Source: Patescibacteria group bacterium
GTDB lineage: Bacteria > Patescibacteriota > Minisyncoccia > Phycocordibacterales > Phycocordibacteraceae
Direction of reading: 5' to 3'
Length of the DNA stretch: 43,603 nt
Assembly: GCA_004296925.1 (NCBI GenBank)
Contig: SCVI01000069.1
Coordinates: 1 to 43,603, forward strand
A program made the position numbers and the translations under genes. Under the pieces are notes generated by a model. The model was not told the origin of the DNA. It worked only from the letters and a program-made list of their open reading frames with translations, and did not search any database. Below, in pieces: positions 7,838 to 18,292 of this stretch. Position 1 is the first letter of the stretch. The number at the start of each line of letters is the position of its first letter.

Positions 7838-8410
7838 GTGAAAGAAACATTTGCAGTTGTTGCGGCACTTCTCGCTATTGTTGGCAACCTCCCGTACCTC
7901 ATAGACATTGTGAAGGGGAGGGTAAAACCACATCCTTATACGTGGCTAGTTTGGACGATTGTTTCTTTTATTATTTTCTTTGGGCAGGTGGCTAAAGGTG
8001 CAGGTATTGGCGCACTTCCAACAGCGGCGTCTGAAATATTTACTATAATCATTTTCATTTTCTCACTGAAATACGGATTCAAAGGAATAACTAAAACCGA
8101 CACAATTTTTTTGGTAGTTGCACTTCTAGGTATCATTCCGTGGATACTGACTAAGGACCCTACGCTTTCGGTGATATTTGCCGTTTCAATTGATTTAATT
8201 GCCTTTATACCAACCCTTGGTAAGACATGGCGGTATCCTAAAACCGAGACACCTATTTTATACAGCATGAATGTTCTGCGTCATATTTTGGCTCTTTTCT
8301 CACTCCAGGCATATAACATAGCTACTACGCTTCATTCGATAGCAATGATTATCGTAAACTCTATAATGACCGTAATGATTGTATTTAAGAAAACAAAAAG
8401 ACGAATATGA
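7838..8410 (+). CDS. Hypothetical multi-pass membrane protein
   Basis: 190 aa with about 6 hydrophobic segments. GTG start. No family recognised. Confidence 0.5.
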   Translation: MKETFAVVAALLAIVGNLPYLIDIVKGRVKPHPYTWLVWTIVSFIIFFGQVAKGAGIGALPTAASEIFTIIIFIFSLKYGFKGITKTDTIFLVVALLGIIPWILTKDPTLSVIFAVSIDLIAFIPTLGKTWRYPKTETPILYSMNVLRHILALFSLQAYNIATTLHSIAMIIVNSIMTVMIVFKKTKRRI

Positions 8411-9015
8411 AGTCACTTGAAGAAGCCTTACGACATCTTAAAAAAGATGAGCAATTCAAAGTAGTTATTAAAAACTACCCTGCGCCAGTGTTTAAGAAGA
8501 CACGTAACGTATACGGGGCGCTGATTCGATCAATCGTGTATCAGCAACTCTCTGGTAAAGTGGCTGGGACTATTTTGAAAAGGTTTCTTGATTTGTTTGA
8601 AGGCCCAAGCTACCCAAAGCCAGAGGAACTATTAAAAGTGAATACTGCAACATTAAGGGAAGTGGGGCTCTCTGGACAAAAGGTATCGTACATACAAGAT
8701 TTATCTACAAAATTTTTGGATGGCACCATTCAACCAAAAAAATTCAAAGGAATGAGTGACGAAGAAATACGTGAACATTTAATAGCCATAAAGGGAATTG
8801 GGCGATGGAGTGCTGATATGTTTTTAATGTCTTCGCTCCACAGACCTGATGTATTACCTACAGGAGACTTAGGAATACAAAAAGGTTTTAAGAAATTATT
8901 TGCACTAAAAACACTGCCAAGTGTTACGCAAATGGAGCGCCTCGCTAAGCCATGGCAGCCCTATAGAACTGTCGCGTCTATGTATCTTTGGCGAATTGCG
9001 GATGAGGATAAATAG
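8407..9015 (+). CDS. DNA-3-methyladenine glycosylase II-like (HhH-GPD, AlkA family)
   Basis: 202 aa. Contains IKGIGRWSADMFLM (helix-hairpin-helix) and the downstream PTGDLG motif typical of AlkA-type glycosylases. Confidence 0.7.
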   Translation: MKSLEEALRHLKKDEQFKVVIKNYPAPVFKKTRNVYGALIRSIVYQQLSGKVAGTILKRFLDLFEGPSYPKPEELLKVNTATLREVGLSGQKVSYIQDLSTKFLDGTIQPKKFKGMSDEEIREHLIAIKGIGRWSADMFLMSSLHRPDVLPTGDLGIQKGFKKLFALKTLPSVTQMERLAKPWQPYRTVASMYLWRIADEDK

Positions 9016-9022
9016 ATAGTGG

Positions 9023-10279
9023 CTATGTTCCTTCTTGCCAGCTTGAGAGGTAGTGTTTCTGCTCTTCAGTAAGAGTATCTACTTGAATACCCATTGAGGC
9101 TAGTTTTAGGTTTGCTACACGGTTTTCAATTGCTTCGTCAATTTCGTACACACCAGGCTTTAGTGAATCTTTATGTTCAACTACCCATGAAGAAGCGAGT
9201 GCTTGTGTTGCAAAACTCATGTCCATTACAGACGCAGGGTGTCCTTCTGCAGCAGCGAGATTAACTAAACGTCCTTCACCTATAACGTAAAGTCTTTTGC
9301 CGTTTAAAAGAAATTCATCCACGTGTTTTCGAACATCTTTTGTCACCCTCTCAGCCATTTGTTCAAGTGCTTTAAGATTTATTTCAACGTCGAAGTGACC
9401 TGAGTTACAAAGGATTGCTCCGTCTTTCATTAATGGGAAATGCGCCTTATCAATAACATTGATATCGCCAGTCAAGGTGCAGAAAATATCACCAATCAAC
9501 GCAGCGTCTTTCATTGGCATAACTTCAAAGCCATCCATCACTGCCTCCAATGCCTTAATAGAATCCACTTCGGTAACAATGGTACGAGCTCCCATACCAC
9601 GAGCACGCATCGCAAATCCTCGGCCACACCAGCCGTACCCACCAACCACAACCACCTTGCCTGCAATGAGTGAGTCTGTTGCGCGTATAATTCCGTCGAG
9701 TGTTGATTGTCCTGTACCGTATCGGTTATCGAAAAGATTCTTGGTTTTTGCATCGTTTACTGCAACAACCGGGATTTTTAAGGCGCCATCTTTTGCCATG
9801 GCACGAAGTCGTATAACACCAGTAGTAGTTTCTTCCATGCTTCCCATAATTTGAGACGTAAGTTCGGGATGCTTTTGATGTATGACCGTAATGAGGTCAG
9901 CGCCATCGTCCATAGTGATAACTGGTTTATGAGCGATAGCCGATTCGATGTGTGAAAAAAAAGTTTCTTTGCTTTCGCCTCGGATTGCGTAGACTTGTAT
10001 ACCGTAATCTTGTACCAAGCTCGCCGCAACATCGTCTTGAGTAGAGAGGGGATTTGATGCAACCAAAAGAACGTTACCGCCACCTGCTTTTAGGGTTCGC
10101 ATTAAGTTTGCGGTTTCTGCGGTCACATGAAGACACGCTGAAAAATTCATATCTTTAAATGGGAGTGTTTTTTCAAATTGTGCACGCACGTCGCGCAACA
10201 CTGGCATATCTCTCTCAGCCCATTCAATTCGCTTCTTTCCTTGAGGTGCAAGGCTAATGTCTTTAATATCGTAATTCAT
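9023..10279 (-). CDS. ahcY: Adenosylhomocysteinase
   Basis: 418 aa. The N-terminus [26 protein letters not shown] and the NAD-binding GYGWCGRG are characteristic. Confidence 0.9.
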   Translation of the reverse strand: MNYDIKDISLAPQGKKRIEWAERDMPVLRDVRAQFEKTLPFKDMNFSACLHVTAETANLMRTLKAGGGNVLLVASNPLSTQDDVAASLVQDYGIQVYAIRGESKETFFSHIESAIAHKPVITMDDGADLITVIHQKHPELTSQIMGSMEETTTGVIRLRAMAKDGALKIPVVAVNDAKTKNLFDNRYGTGQSTLDGIIRATDSLIAGKVVVVGGYGWCGRGFAMRARGMGARTIVTEVDSIKALEAVMDGFEVMPMKDAALIGDIFCTLTGDINVIDKAHFPLMKDGAILCNSGHFDVEINLKALEQMAERVTKDVRKHVDEFLLNGKRLYVIGEGRLVNLAAAEGHPASVMDMSFATQALASSWVVEHKDSLKPGVYEIDEAIENRVANLKLASMGIQVDTLTEEQKHYLSSWQEGT

Positions 10280-10282
10280 GTT

Positions 10283-11266
10283 TTATGCAGGTAATGCTTG
10301 ATTAAATGTTGTTAAGAATCTCTCTCGAAGTGCCTCTAAAGTAAAACTGTGCGTCTGCGTCCCTGATTGCTCAATTGTGTAACATGCTACGAGATTTGCA
10401 AATTTGGCAATTATTTCATGTCCCCACCCTTTATTTAGAGCATATACAAATCCTGCACGATATGCGTCGCCTGCGCCTGTAGGGTCTTTTATGGTGACTT
10501 TTATACCCGGAGCCGTTATTACGCCTGTCTGTGTATGAATCTCAGAGCCATTTTCGCCGAGAGTCGTAACGAGCATTTTAGTTTTTGTAACAAGAGTTTT
10601 CAAATCCCACCCAGTTTTCTTGAGAATGAGTTCACGTTCGTATTCGTTTGAGATACATACTTCTGAGCCTTCAATGCCTTCTGCGATCACATCGCCACTC
10701 AAGTGGGCGAGTTGTTGCCCGGGGTCAAACATATAAGGGACATTTAGCTCCTTGCAGTACTTTGGCAAGGTCGCCATATCAGTGGGATTGCCTGGAGCGA
10801 TTATTACGAACGAGGTTTCTGGTTCAATCTTTAGAGTGGCAAGAGGGTATGGAGAGAGCATTGCTCCCGCATAGAATGTTGTTATTTGATTTTCTTTTTG
10901 ATCGGTAACAATCGATGCAAATGCAGTGCGCCTCGAATCATCAATTACAATCAAATCAGTTCCAACACCATGCTCACTCAGCCATTTTTGGTAGTTCAAA
11001 AAATCGTTCCCCGCGGTTGCAAAAATTGAAACATTTTCACCGAGGAGCCCGAGGGTATATGCAATGTTTCCCGCAGTACCTCCGAACGATTCGTTTAAAG
11101 ATTCAACATAAAAACTTACATTAAGATCGTGAATTTTTTCTGGAAGAATTTCATTAGAAAATTTTCCCTCAAACTTTGAGATACGGTCGTATGCGAGAGA
11201 TCCAGAAACGTATGTATGCATGTGATTTAGCGAAATTGTGTGAATTAGCAAATTCATGTCGGGCAC
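10283..11266 (-). CDS. PfkB-family carbohydrate/nucleoside kinase (adenosine kinase-like)
   Basis: Contains the DPTGAGDAYRAGF motif. It sits directly downstream of ahcY. The true start may be an internal Met. Confidence 0.7.
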   Translation of the reverse strand: MPDMNLLIHTISLNHMHTYVSGSLAYDRISKFEGKFSNEILPEKIHDLNVSFYVESLNESFGGTAGNIAYTLGLLGENVSIFATAGNDFLNYQKWLSEHGVGTDLIVIDDSRRTAFASIVTDQKENQITTFYAGAMLSPYPLATLKIEPETSFVIIAPGNPTDMATLPKYCKELNVPYMFDPGQQLAHLSGDVIAEGIEGSEVCISNEYERELILKKTGWDLKTLVTKTKMLVTTLGENGSEIHTQTGVITAPGIKVTIKDPTGAGDAYRAGFVYALNKGWGHEIIAKFANLVACYTIEQSGTQTHSFTLEALRERFLTTFNQALPA

Positions 11267-11354
11267 TGTCGATCAAAGCCCGACCAACGTCCTTTGAAGC
11301 GCGACGAAGTTTATTTTAGTGTACAACGAGCATTATAAAAATAAAATTAAATAA

Positions 11355-12278
11355 CTATCGAGCTTTCAACTGCACATATATGTCTTCGAGTGCTTTCACT
11401 GCATCTCCCGCAGCAATATTATTCTGATGGTAAAGACCATTAGTACAATCTCCAGCAGCCCAAATTCCTTTTTTCGATGTTGCTTGTGTTTGTTTGTCGA
11501 CAACAATTTTTTTGAATGAATCTAGTTCAACCAATCCTTCGGCAAAGTGGGTAGACGCAACCATACCAATTTCAACAAAAATTCCTGAGACCGCAAGCGA
11601 CGTTTCAGCTCCTGTTTTTAAGTCTTTATATCGAAGACCGCTTACAAATTTATCTCCCATAACCTCGACAGTTTCAGCATTAGTGACACCTTTCATATTT
11701 TGATGAGAAAGAACTTTTTCAACCGTAATAGGATCAGCGGCAAATGTTTCGCTTCGATGTAACAATGTAACGCTCTTTGTGTATGCTAAAAGTTGCGCAG
11801 CAGTTTCAAATCCCGCATTACCGCCTCCAATTACCACTACATCCATATCTGAAAACAATGGACCATCACACGATGCGCAATACGTAAGACCTTTCTGATC
11901 AAATTCTAGAGCTCCAGGGACATCTAATTTTCTTCTGTTCCCACCTGAAGTTATGAGTACAGTTTTTGCTTCGAATTTCTTACCATTTTTTGTTTCAACA
12001 ATAAACGCTTCGCCTGATTCAGAAATTTTTTCTACAAGGGATCCCTTCTCGATATCAACAACGTCTCCTGCGTACGCTCTGACGTGCGCTTCTAAATTTT
12101 TTGCTAACTCTTCACCAGAAATTGATATTGTGCCTATCCAATTTTGAATGTCAGTTGATACGACGCTTTGACCGCCAAATGATTCTGTGATGAGGACTGT
12201 CTTGAGTAGTTTACGAGCTGCGTACACAGCTGCTGCCGTGCCTCCTGGGCCTCCTCCAATGATTGCTACGTCGTACAT
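11355..12278 (-). CDS. trxB: Thioredoxin-disulfide reductase
   Basis: 307 aa. YDVAIIGGGPGG (FAD site), redox CASCDG, and a second GGGNAGFE dinucleotide fold. Confidence 0.85.
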   Translation of the reverse strand: MYDVAIIGGGPGGTAAAVYAARKLLKTVLITESFGGQSVVSTDIQNWIGTISISGEELAKNLEAHVRAYAGDVVDIEKGSLVEKISESGEAFIVETKNGKKFEAKTVLITSGGNRRKLDVPGALEFDQKGLTYCASCDGPLFSDMDVVVIGGGNAGFETAAQLLAYTKSVTLLHRSETFAADPITVEKVLSHQNMKGVTNAETVEVMGDKFVSGLRYKDLKTGAETSLAVSGIFVEIGMVASTHFAEGLVELDSFKKIVVDKQTQATSKKGIWAAGDCTNGLYHQNNIAAGDAVKALEDIYVQLKAR

Positions 12279-12476
12279 GCGATTTTGCGAAATCGTATCG
12301 CGTCTACTTCCATTAGGACGCGATATCAGACCTCAATTTTAGTGTAAGCGATAAGTAAAAATGAGCGAGTTGCCCCGCTTGTTTACTATACCGTGATTCC
12401 ACCTAAAAATCGAAATAATGTATCGCAATTTTAGGGCACTTGTAGGTAGCATGCCGCATAGAACATAAAACACGAA

Positions 12477-12516
12477 GGTCTAGTATAAATATGCTATAGC
12501 ATATTTATACTAGACC
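12477..12516. repeat. 40-bp perfect palindrome in the trxB-ftsZ intergenic region
   Basis: GGTCTAGTATAAATATGCTA / TAGCATATTTATACTAGACC, checked base by base. It contains TATAAAT-type elements. Confidence 0.8.
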
Positions 12517-12614
12517 GTAGGTGTCTAGGATGTACATTCTGCTACGGATACAATTGGTAGCACATTCGCACTATTCTTTGCTTTATTTCACTAGATCAAG
12601 ACTTTGAAAAGATA

Positions 12615-12645
12615 CAAAAAACGCATCATTTATGATGCGTTTTTA
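12615..12645. terminator. Bidirectional rho-independent terminator after ftsZ
   Basis: AAAAAACGCATCAT-TT-ATGATGCGTTTTT, flanked by an A-run and a T-run, about 10 nt beyond the ftsZ stop codon. Confidence 0.7.
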
Positions 12646-12654
12646 TAAAGATAT

Positions 12655-13827
12655 TTATTTCTTGTTTCTGCGAAGAAATGCAGGAACAGCCGTCCATTCA
12701 TCATCTTCTTCTGGTGGTTTTGGAGTAAGCTCTTCTCGTTTGATTGGCGCTACCGCTTCTTCGTCGAGCGCTCGGGGGATCGGACTGTATGTTTTTGCGA
12801 CAGGTTCCTCCTCTTTTTTCTCTTTCTTTGCTCCTATTTGAAACAATGGCTGTCCGCGATCAGTGATGCCTTCCTCAGGGAATCCAGTAGCAATGACAGT
12901 TACACGTACCTCACCTTTCTTCAAACGCTCATCTCGCGAAGTTCCAAAAATAACCTTCGCGTTCTTGTCGATTGATTCAGTAACAATCTGAGCTGCGGTT
13001 CGTACTTCAAGAAGTCCCAAGTCTTCACCTCCTGCAATTGAAAGAAGTACTCCTTTGGCGCCATTAATTGAAATGTCGAGGAGAGGGGAGTTGATGGCAA
13101 GACGAGCTGCATCTTCAGCGCGTTTCTCACCTTGCGCAAGACCAACACCCATGAGTGCCGAGCCAGCATCTGACATGATTGCTTTAATGTCGGCGAAGTC
13201 GAGATTGATGTTACCAGGCGTGGTAATGAGATCAGAAACACCCTCAACTGCCTGTCGTAACACTTCATCACAAAGCGCGAATGCGCTTTTAACGGTGGTG
13301 TTCTGATCTACTACAGCAAGAAGGCGATCGTTCGGTATAACGATAAGTGCGTCTACTTCTTTGCGTAATTCTTCTAGACCTTGTTCTGCAAGGCGCATGC
13401 GTTGCTGTCCTTCAAAAGAAAATGGTTTCGTGACAACGGCAACGGTGAGTGCGCCGCTTTCTTTTGCAATTTTTGCAATGACAGGTGCAGCACCTGTGCA
13501 AGTACCGCCACCCATACCTCCAGCAATAAACACCATGTCAGAACCACGAAGAGAGTCTTGTATCTCAGATTGTGTTTCTTCAGCTGCACGTTGACCAACT
13601 GCTGGATTCATTCCAGCACCAAGTCCTCGGGTTAAATTTTTTCCGATGTGAATCTTAGTTTTTGCAGAAGATTGTTGTAAGTCTTGTGCGTCAGTGTTTA
13701 CTACTATGAAATCTACCCCTTTTACTTTCGAAACAACCATGTGGTTGATAGCGTTCTTACCGGAACCGCCGATACCGATGACTCGAATACGAGCCGAAGT
13801 CTGCAAATCTGTGTTTATCTGAGGCAT
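12655..13827 (-). CDS. ftsZ: Cell division protein FtsZ
   Basis: 390 aa. Contains IGIGGSGKNAINHM and the tubulin signature GGGTCTGAAPVIA. Confidence 0.95.
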   Translation of the reverse strand: MPQINTDLQTSARIRVIGIGGSGKNAINHMVVSKVKGVDFIVVNTDAQDLQQSSAKTKIHIGKNLTRGLGAGMNPAVGQRAAEETQSEIQDSLRGSDMVFIAGGMGGGTCTGAAPVIAKIAKESGALTVAVVTKPFSFEGQQRMRLAEQGLEELRKEVDALIVIPNDRLLAVVDQNTTVKSAFALCDEVLRQAVEGVSDLITTPGNINLDFADIKAIMSDAGSALMGVGLAQGEKRAEDAARLAINSPLLDISINGAKGVLLSIAGGEDLGLLEVRTAAQIVTESIDKNAKVIFGTSRDERLKKGEVRVTVIATGFPEEGITDRGQPLFQIGAKKEKKEEEPVAKTYSPIPRALDEEAVAPIKREELTPKPPEEDDEWTAVPAFLRRNKK

Positions 13828-13954
13828 GATTTTAAAGTTATTCTAGTCGTCCCATAATAGAGAAAATGCACGGCCGTGGCAATGTTTGACTTTTAACTAC
13901 TATGTATTGTATTAAAACGAGGTTTTTCAAGTATTTAAAGTCGCGTCGGTTTTT

Positions 13955-15127
13955 TTATGGCAGGAATTGTCTCAAAAATCCCAACACAGAACGCCCCATA
14001 TCTTTTATTGCAATTCCAGCAGCGGGACGCGCAAAACTATCTCCAGTGAGACCCCATACAGTAAGCCCGTATGCAACTGCCCATGTTGAATCTTTAATTT
14101 TTGCATCCGACGCAACATTGAGTGATGCAACTTTTGAATGAAGTTTTAATGCACTCTCTGCAATTTCTTTAATAGGACCAATACCAGAACCTCCACCAGA
14201 AAGAATAATTCCAGCAGGAAGCAAACGGTCCTTTCCTAGTTTTTTTAGATGTCCTTCAACGAGTTCAAAAATATCAGTGAGTCGCGCTGCCAAAATATCA
14301 TCAAATTTTTTCTTTGAATATGAAGCGTTAGTTATTGCTCCAAGTTTTAATTGCTCCGCTTCTTCAAGTGAAATACGAAGTCCGAGTGCAATGTCTTTTG
14401 TGATATCCATCGATCCGATTCGGAACACTTTGAGAGATATTGGCATCCCGTTATCAAAAACCACAATTGATACTGTTTCTGCGCCAATATTTGTGAGCAC
14501 GCAGCCGGCTTTTTTCTCTGCATTTGAAAGTGTAATGATGGAACCTGCAAGTGGTGATGCCATAGTATCCGCTACAGCAATCTCTGCGCCCTCTACAGCC
14601 TCTATAAGATCGTTCACGTGCTGCTCAAGACACGTAATGAATAGTGTCTCAACAGTGAGCTTCGTGCCATGCATTCCTTGAGGGCGACCCAAGACTTCAA
14701 TTCCATCAATAGAGAAGGTGAGAGGAATTGTGTGTAAAATTTTTCGATTTACTAGTTTCCCAGACACATTAGTTCTCGAAACTTCGATAGCTTTTTCAAT
14801 ATCAAAATCTGTTACTTCAGCATCCGCTTTTGCAATAATTGCGTCACCTTTACCACGCACTTCATCTAATCCAATTCCTCCTATAGAAAGGAAAGCGGTT
14901 CTGATTTTTACTCCAGCGGTTTGTTCGGCCTGTGAAGCAGCGAATCGAACCGATCGAGCTACATCATCAATATTTACAATGTACCCATGACGCAAACCTT
15001 TTGACTCTGCGTATCCTGTTCCGATAATTTTTGGAAATTGAGATGTTCTATCTGCGAACTCGCGCGCAATGACAACACGCACCTGATAGGTGCCGATATC
15101 AATGCCAACCGCGATTCGAGATGCCAT
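13955..15127 (-). CDS. ftsA: Cell division protein FtsA
   Basis: 390 aa actin-fold protein (VGIDIGTYQVRV, LSGGGSGI), immediately upstream of ftsZ. Confidence 0.9.
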   Translation of the reverse strand: MASRIAVGIDIGTYQVRVVIAREFADRTSQFPKIIGTGYAESKGLRHGYIVNIDDVARSVRFAASQAEQTAGVKIRTAFLSIGGIGLDEVRGKGDAIIAKADAEVTDFDIEKAIEVSRTNVSGKLVNRKILHTIPLTFSIDGIEVLGRPQGMHGTKLTVETLFITCLEQHVNDLIEAVEGAEIAVADTMASPLAGSIITLSNAEKKAGCVLTNIGAETVSIVVFDNGMPISLKVFRIGSMDITKDIALGLRISLEEAEQLKLGAITNASYSKKKFDDILAARLTDIFELVEGHLKKLGKDRLLPAGIILSGGGSGIGPIKEIAESALKLHSKVASLNVASDAKIKDSTWAVAYGLTVWGLTGDSFARPAAGIAIKDMGRSVLGFLRQFLP

Positions 15128-15154
15128 GTAATTGAAGACAAGGCATCTAGCTTC

Positions 15155-15544
15155 CTACGAAGGTGTAGGGAACTTGAGTGCCAAACAGTATTTACGTTCT
15201 AACATTTCCATTGTACGGCCATGATTCCTTCCCTCCAAGTGCAACATGCCGTGGATAACAAGGAAGTTGAGGTAGTCTGAGGTCGTCATGTTGAATGTTT
15301 TTGCTTTCTTTTTTACATCTTGCATGCAAAGAAAAATCTCACCATTTGTTTTTGAAAGAGGAAAGGCAAGAATGTCAGTTGAAGAATTTTTATGTCGGTA
15401 GGTGTTGTTTAACGTATGCATCTTTCGTGGAGGAATGAAGACAACAGACAGATCATACTTTTCTCCAAGTACTAGATTTTTAATACGATTAAAAGACACC
15501 TTTGGTGTAGGGTGTGTGGCGGTATTGGTAACGCTTACGTTCAT
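15155..15544 (-). CDS. ybeY: rRNA maturation endoribonuclease YbeY
   Basis: 129 aa with the HGMLHLEGRNH metal-binding motif. Confidence 0.85.
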   Translation of the reverse strand: MNVSVTNTATHPTPKVSFNRIKNLVLGEKYDLSVVFIPPRKMHTLNNTYRHKNSSTDILAFPLSKTNGEIFLCMQDVKKKAKTFNMTTSDYLNFLVIHGMLHLEGRNHGRTMEMLERKYCLALKFPTPS

Positions 15545-15795
15545 TATCTTCGGCTTCCTCGAGAGGTGCGAGGTTCTAGCAAACCGAGACGCTCAAGCTC
15601 TGCATTTTTCTCTCGTTTTGATACGCGACGAAGTGCGGCTTGTTTTCGCTTTGATTGTGAAACATTTCGCTGGTAGTAGCGGTTATCCTTTACACGACGA
15701 ATGATACCCGAACCAAGTACTCGTTTTGAAAAACGGCGCACCAAGCTCATTGAGTTCTCTGTCCCTGTTTTCTCTACCGATACGTTTATTGCCAT
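15544..15795 (-). CDS. rpsU: 30S ribosomal protein S21
   Basis: 83 aa, very basic. SLVRRFSKRV...YYQRNVSQSKRKQAALRR matches the S21 pattern. Confidence 0.75.
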   Translation of the reverse strand: MAINVSVEKTGTENSMSLVRRFSKRVLGSGIIRRVKDNRYYQRNVSQSKRKQAALRRVSKREKNAELERLGLLEPRTSRGSRR

Positions 15796-15847
15796 TGTTG
15801 CGCTATTTAAGCATAATCGTCACTCTAACGCAACTTCCCACCACGCA

Positions 15848-16963
15848 TTATCCGCGTCTTCCGCGTCCTACATGACTTGCTAGTTTTTCAAACGGTACCG
15901 TTACTTGCATCTGCGTTGCAACAGAGCGCACAATGGCTGTGCCGTCGAGTGCTTCACGCTGGCCAATTATGGCAAGATACTTTGCGCCAGAACTTACCCC
16001 CATGTCTACCTGTTCCCTCAAATTGTCTGCCATGAGCGCATTACCAGTCGCAAGCTCGGTTCGCCAAAGTGATTCAAGAAGTGCAAATGCACGAAGCTTT
16101 GCAGCGTCTCCTACATGAATGACAAAACACGACGGTTCTTCCTCAGAAGCATCGAGGTCGATTCGTTTTCCAATCTCTAGACTCATCGCTACTACTGGTT
16201 CAGCTGCACTTCCGCGTGCCCGTTTCATTAATTCATCGTATCTACCACCAGACGCAATTCGTACACGTGCACCTTTTGTGTCGCTACCTTCAACCGCAAA
16301 CAGAAGTTCAGATTCAGCGTTTGGTTCAGCGGAGAGACGTGGATCAAGAGTGTACTGAATACCTACCGACTCAAATAATGCCAAAGTACTCAGCATAGTT
16401 TTTCGTGAATTTTCTGAAAGGTAGTCAATCGAGCGTGGCATTTTTTCAATCGTGTTTTCAGTGTCATTACTTAGTTCGCGGTATAGTGCGTCCGGATCAC
16501 TTTGAGCCATTGATTTTTTATCTTCAGGGATTACGTCAGGGTTTTTTCGGAAAAAATTTCCAAGTTCACGAGTGAAGCGTTTTCTAGACTCAGCGTCACC
16601 AACTGAGGACACGAGTACCGTAAGATTAGTGAAACCAAGGATTTCAGCAATTGAGAGTATTGTTTTTACAATAAGCGCTGGTGCTATTGCATGACGTGTC
16701 GAAAGAACCGCAAACGAGATAAGCGTATTTGATCCTTTGCGCGCAGTGCTCCATATTTGTGTCGGGTTACTTCCTTTAGTAGATGTTGTGGTATTGAGTA
16801 GCGCCATTGAAGCTGCCGCTTTCGTGTTGGTTACCGTCTGTTGATCGTTGAGTGCGCGCTTAGAAATGTTAGTAGGAGCTCCTGCGAACCCATACGCTGA
16901 CGCAATGCGCGCGATGGATCCTTCAATTGATTCGTGCAGTCTTCCTTTTTCTAGTGATCGCAT
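15848..16963 (-). CDS. Histidyl-tRNA synthetase-like protein (class II aaRS, HisS/HisZ family), divergent
   Basis: ASGGRYDELM (the HisRS GGRYD motif) and a C-terminal anticodon-binding-like YLAIIGQREALDGTAIVR. I could not find canonical motif 2 or RGLDYY. I moved the start to Met21 (MRSLEKG) to avoid overlap with lepB. Confidence 0.55.
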   Translation of the reverse strand: MRSLEKGRLHESIEGSIARIASAYGFAGAPTNISKRALNDQQTVTNTKAAASMALLNTTTSTKGSNPTQIWSTARKGSNTLISFAVLSTRHAIAPALIVKTILSIAEILGFTNLTVLVSSVGDAESRKRFTRELGNFFRKNPDVIPEDKKSMAQSDPDALYRELSNDTENTIEKMPRSIDYLSENSRKTMLSTLALFESVGIQYTLDPRLSAEPNAESELLFAVEGSDTKGARVRIASGGRYDELMKRARGSAAEPVVAMSLEIGKRIDLDASEEEPSCFVIHVGDAAKLRAFALLESLWRTELATGNALMADNLREQVDMGVSSGAKYLAIIGQREALDGTAIVRSVATQMQVTVPFEKLASHVGRGRRG

Positions 16964-16985
16964 ATGTTTGTAGTTGAGTAAATAA

Positions 16986-17612
16986 TTATTGTGGCAGTTC
17001 GGCAATACCAGGAAATACATCAAACTTATCGGGAGGGAACATGCGGAAGAGTGCGCGACCTATAATGTCTTTTCGTGGCAAGTTACCCCACGATCGTGAG
17101 TCTGAACTCGCGTAACGGTTATCTCCCATTACAAAGTATTCGTCTGGTCCCAGTATGTACGATTTAAATTCATTTCGAGTGCGTTTAGTTTCTATATATG
17201 GCTCATCGAGAGTAATTGGTTCTTTTCCTTCTTGATGCACGATGACATGAAGACCTTGTAGTTCTATCGTTTCGTTTGGAAGCCCAATGATTCTTTTAAT
17301 AAAAAACGTCGATTCGTCTTTGGGATATCGCATGATTATGACATCGCCACGTTTTGGTTCTTCAAATTGGTACGTAAGTTGATCAACAATCAAATATTCG
17401 TTGTTGTGGAAGGTTGGAATCATTGATTCTCCGCGTACAAAAAATGGTTGAGCTACAAACCAGCGAATAGGGACAACTATAAGAAGAGCAATGAGGGCGA
17501 ATCGGATGTAATCTTTTACTACCGCACTTCGCGAAGGAGTCATGCATGAAATTGTACGTCTGCAGTAGCTTGTACGCAAGGTCATTTTTGTTGTGCAATG
17601 TTTTTTGTGCAA
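16986..17612 (-). CDS. lepB: Signal peptidase I
   Basis: GESMIPT (catalytic Ser box) and GDNRYASSDSRSWG. The true start is possibly the internal MTPSRS. Confidence 0.85.
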   Translation of the reverse strand: MHKKHCTTKMTLRTSYCRRTISCMTPSRSAVVKDYIRFALIALLIVVPIRWFVAQPFFVRGESMIPTFHNNEYLIVDQLTYQFEEPKRGDVIIMRYPKDESTFFIKRIIGLPNETIELQGLHVIVHQEGKEPITLDEPYIETKRTRNEFKSYILGPDEYFVMGDNRYASSDSRSWGNLPRKDIIGRALFRMFPPDKFDVFPGIAELPQ

Positions 17613-17691
17613 TTATATTTTTTTCATATACACTTTACTAACGACTCGCTCATAAAAATTTTTGTATGCGAGTCATATAATTCAATTTTGT

Positions 17692-18279
17692 ATGTATATC
17701 GTTGTTGGTCTTGGGAATCCTGGTGCAGAATATGAGAGAACTAGACACAACATGGGTCGTATTTCGCTTGATTGGTTTAGAAAAAAGTACGGATTTTCAG
17801 AATGGGAATTTCAGAAGAAGTTGAATGCGCATACCGCAGAAGGGAAGATAGGAAAAGTAAAAGCGCTTCTTGTTATACCTGATACGTTTATGAATAAATC
17901 AGGAAAAGCCATTGAGTCGCTCGTAAAATCAAAGAAAGCAGCTAAAGAAACTCTTGTGGTGTATGACGATTTGGATATTCCGTTCGGTTCTATGAAGTTT
18001 TCGTTCGGAAGAAGTTCTGGAGGCCACAACGGCGTAGAGTCAATTATTCGTTCTCTTAAGACAAAAGATTTTCCACGTCTTAGGGTCGGTGTCTCACCTT
18101 CAACTCCATCAGGGAAATTGAAAAAGCCTGTTGGGGAAAAAAAGGTTCTAGATTACTTACTCGGAAATTTTTCCAAAAAAGATGAAGAGGATATGAATAA
18201 GACATTGAAGAAAGTAGGAGAAGCTATTGAGGTATCGATAGGTGAGGGATATCAGATTGCGATGAATAGGTGTAATTAG
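17692..18279 (+). CDS. pth: Peptidyl-tRNA hydrolase
   Basis: MYIVVGLGNPGAEYERTRHNMG. ORF track start is 17662; the internal Met at 17692 fits the family N-terminus. Confidence 0.9.
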   Translation: MYIVVGLGNPGAEYERTRHNMGRISLDWFRKKYGFSEWEFQKKLNAHTAEGKIGKVKALLVIPDTFMNKSGKAIESLVKSKKAAKETLVVYDDLDIPFGSMKFSFGRSSGGHNGVESIIRSLKTKDFPRLRVGVSPSTPSGKLKKPVGEKKVLDYLLGNFSKKDEEDMNKTLKKVGEAIEVSIGEGYQIAMNRCN

Positions 18280-18292
18280 TATATTTAACAGC

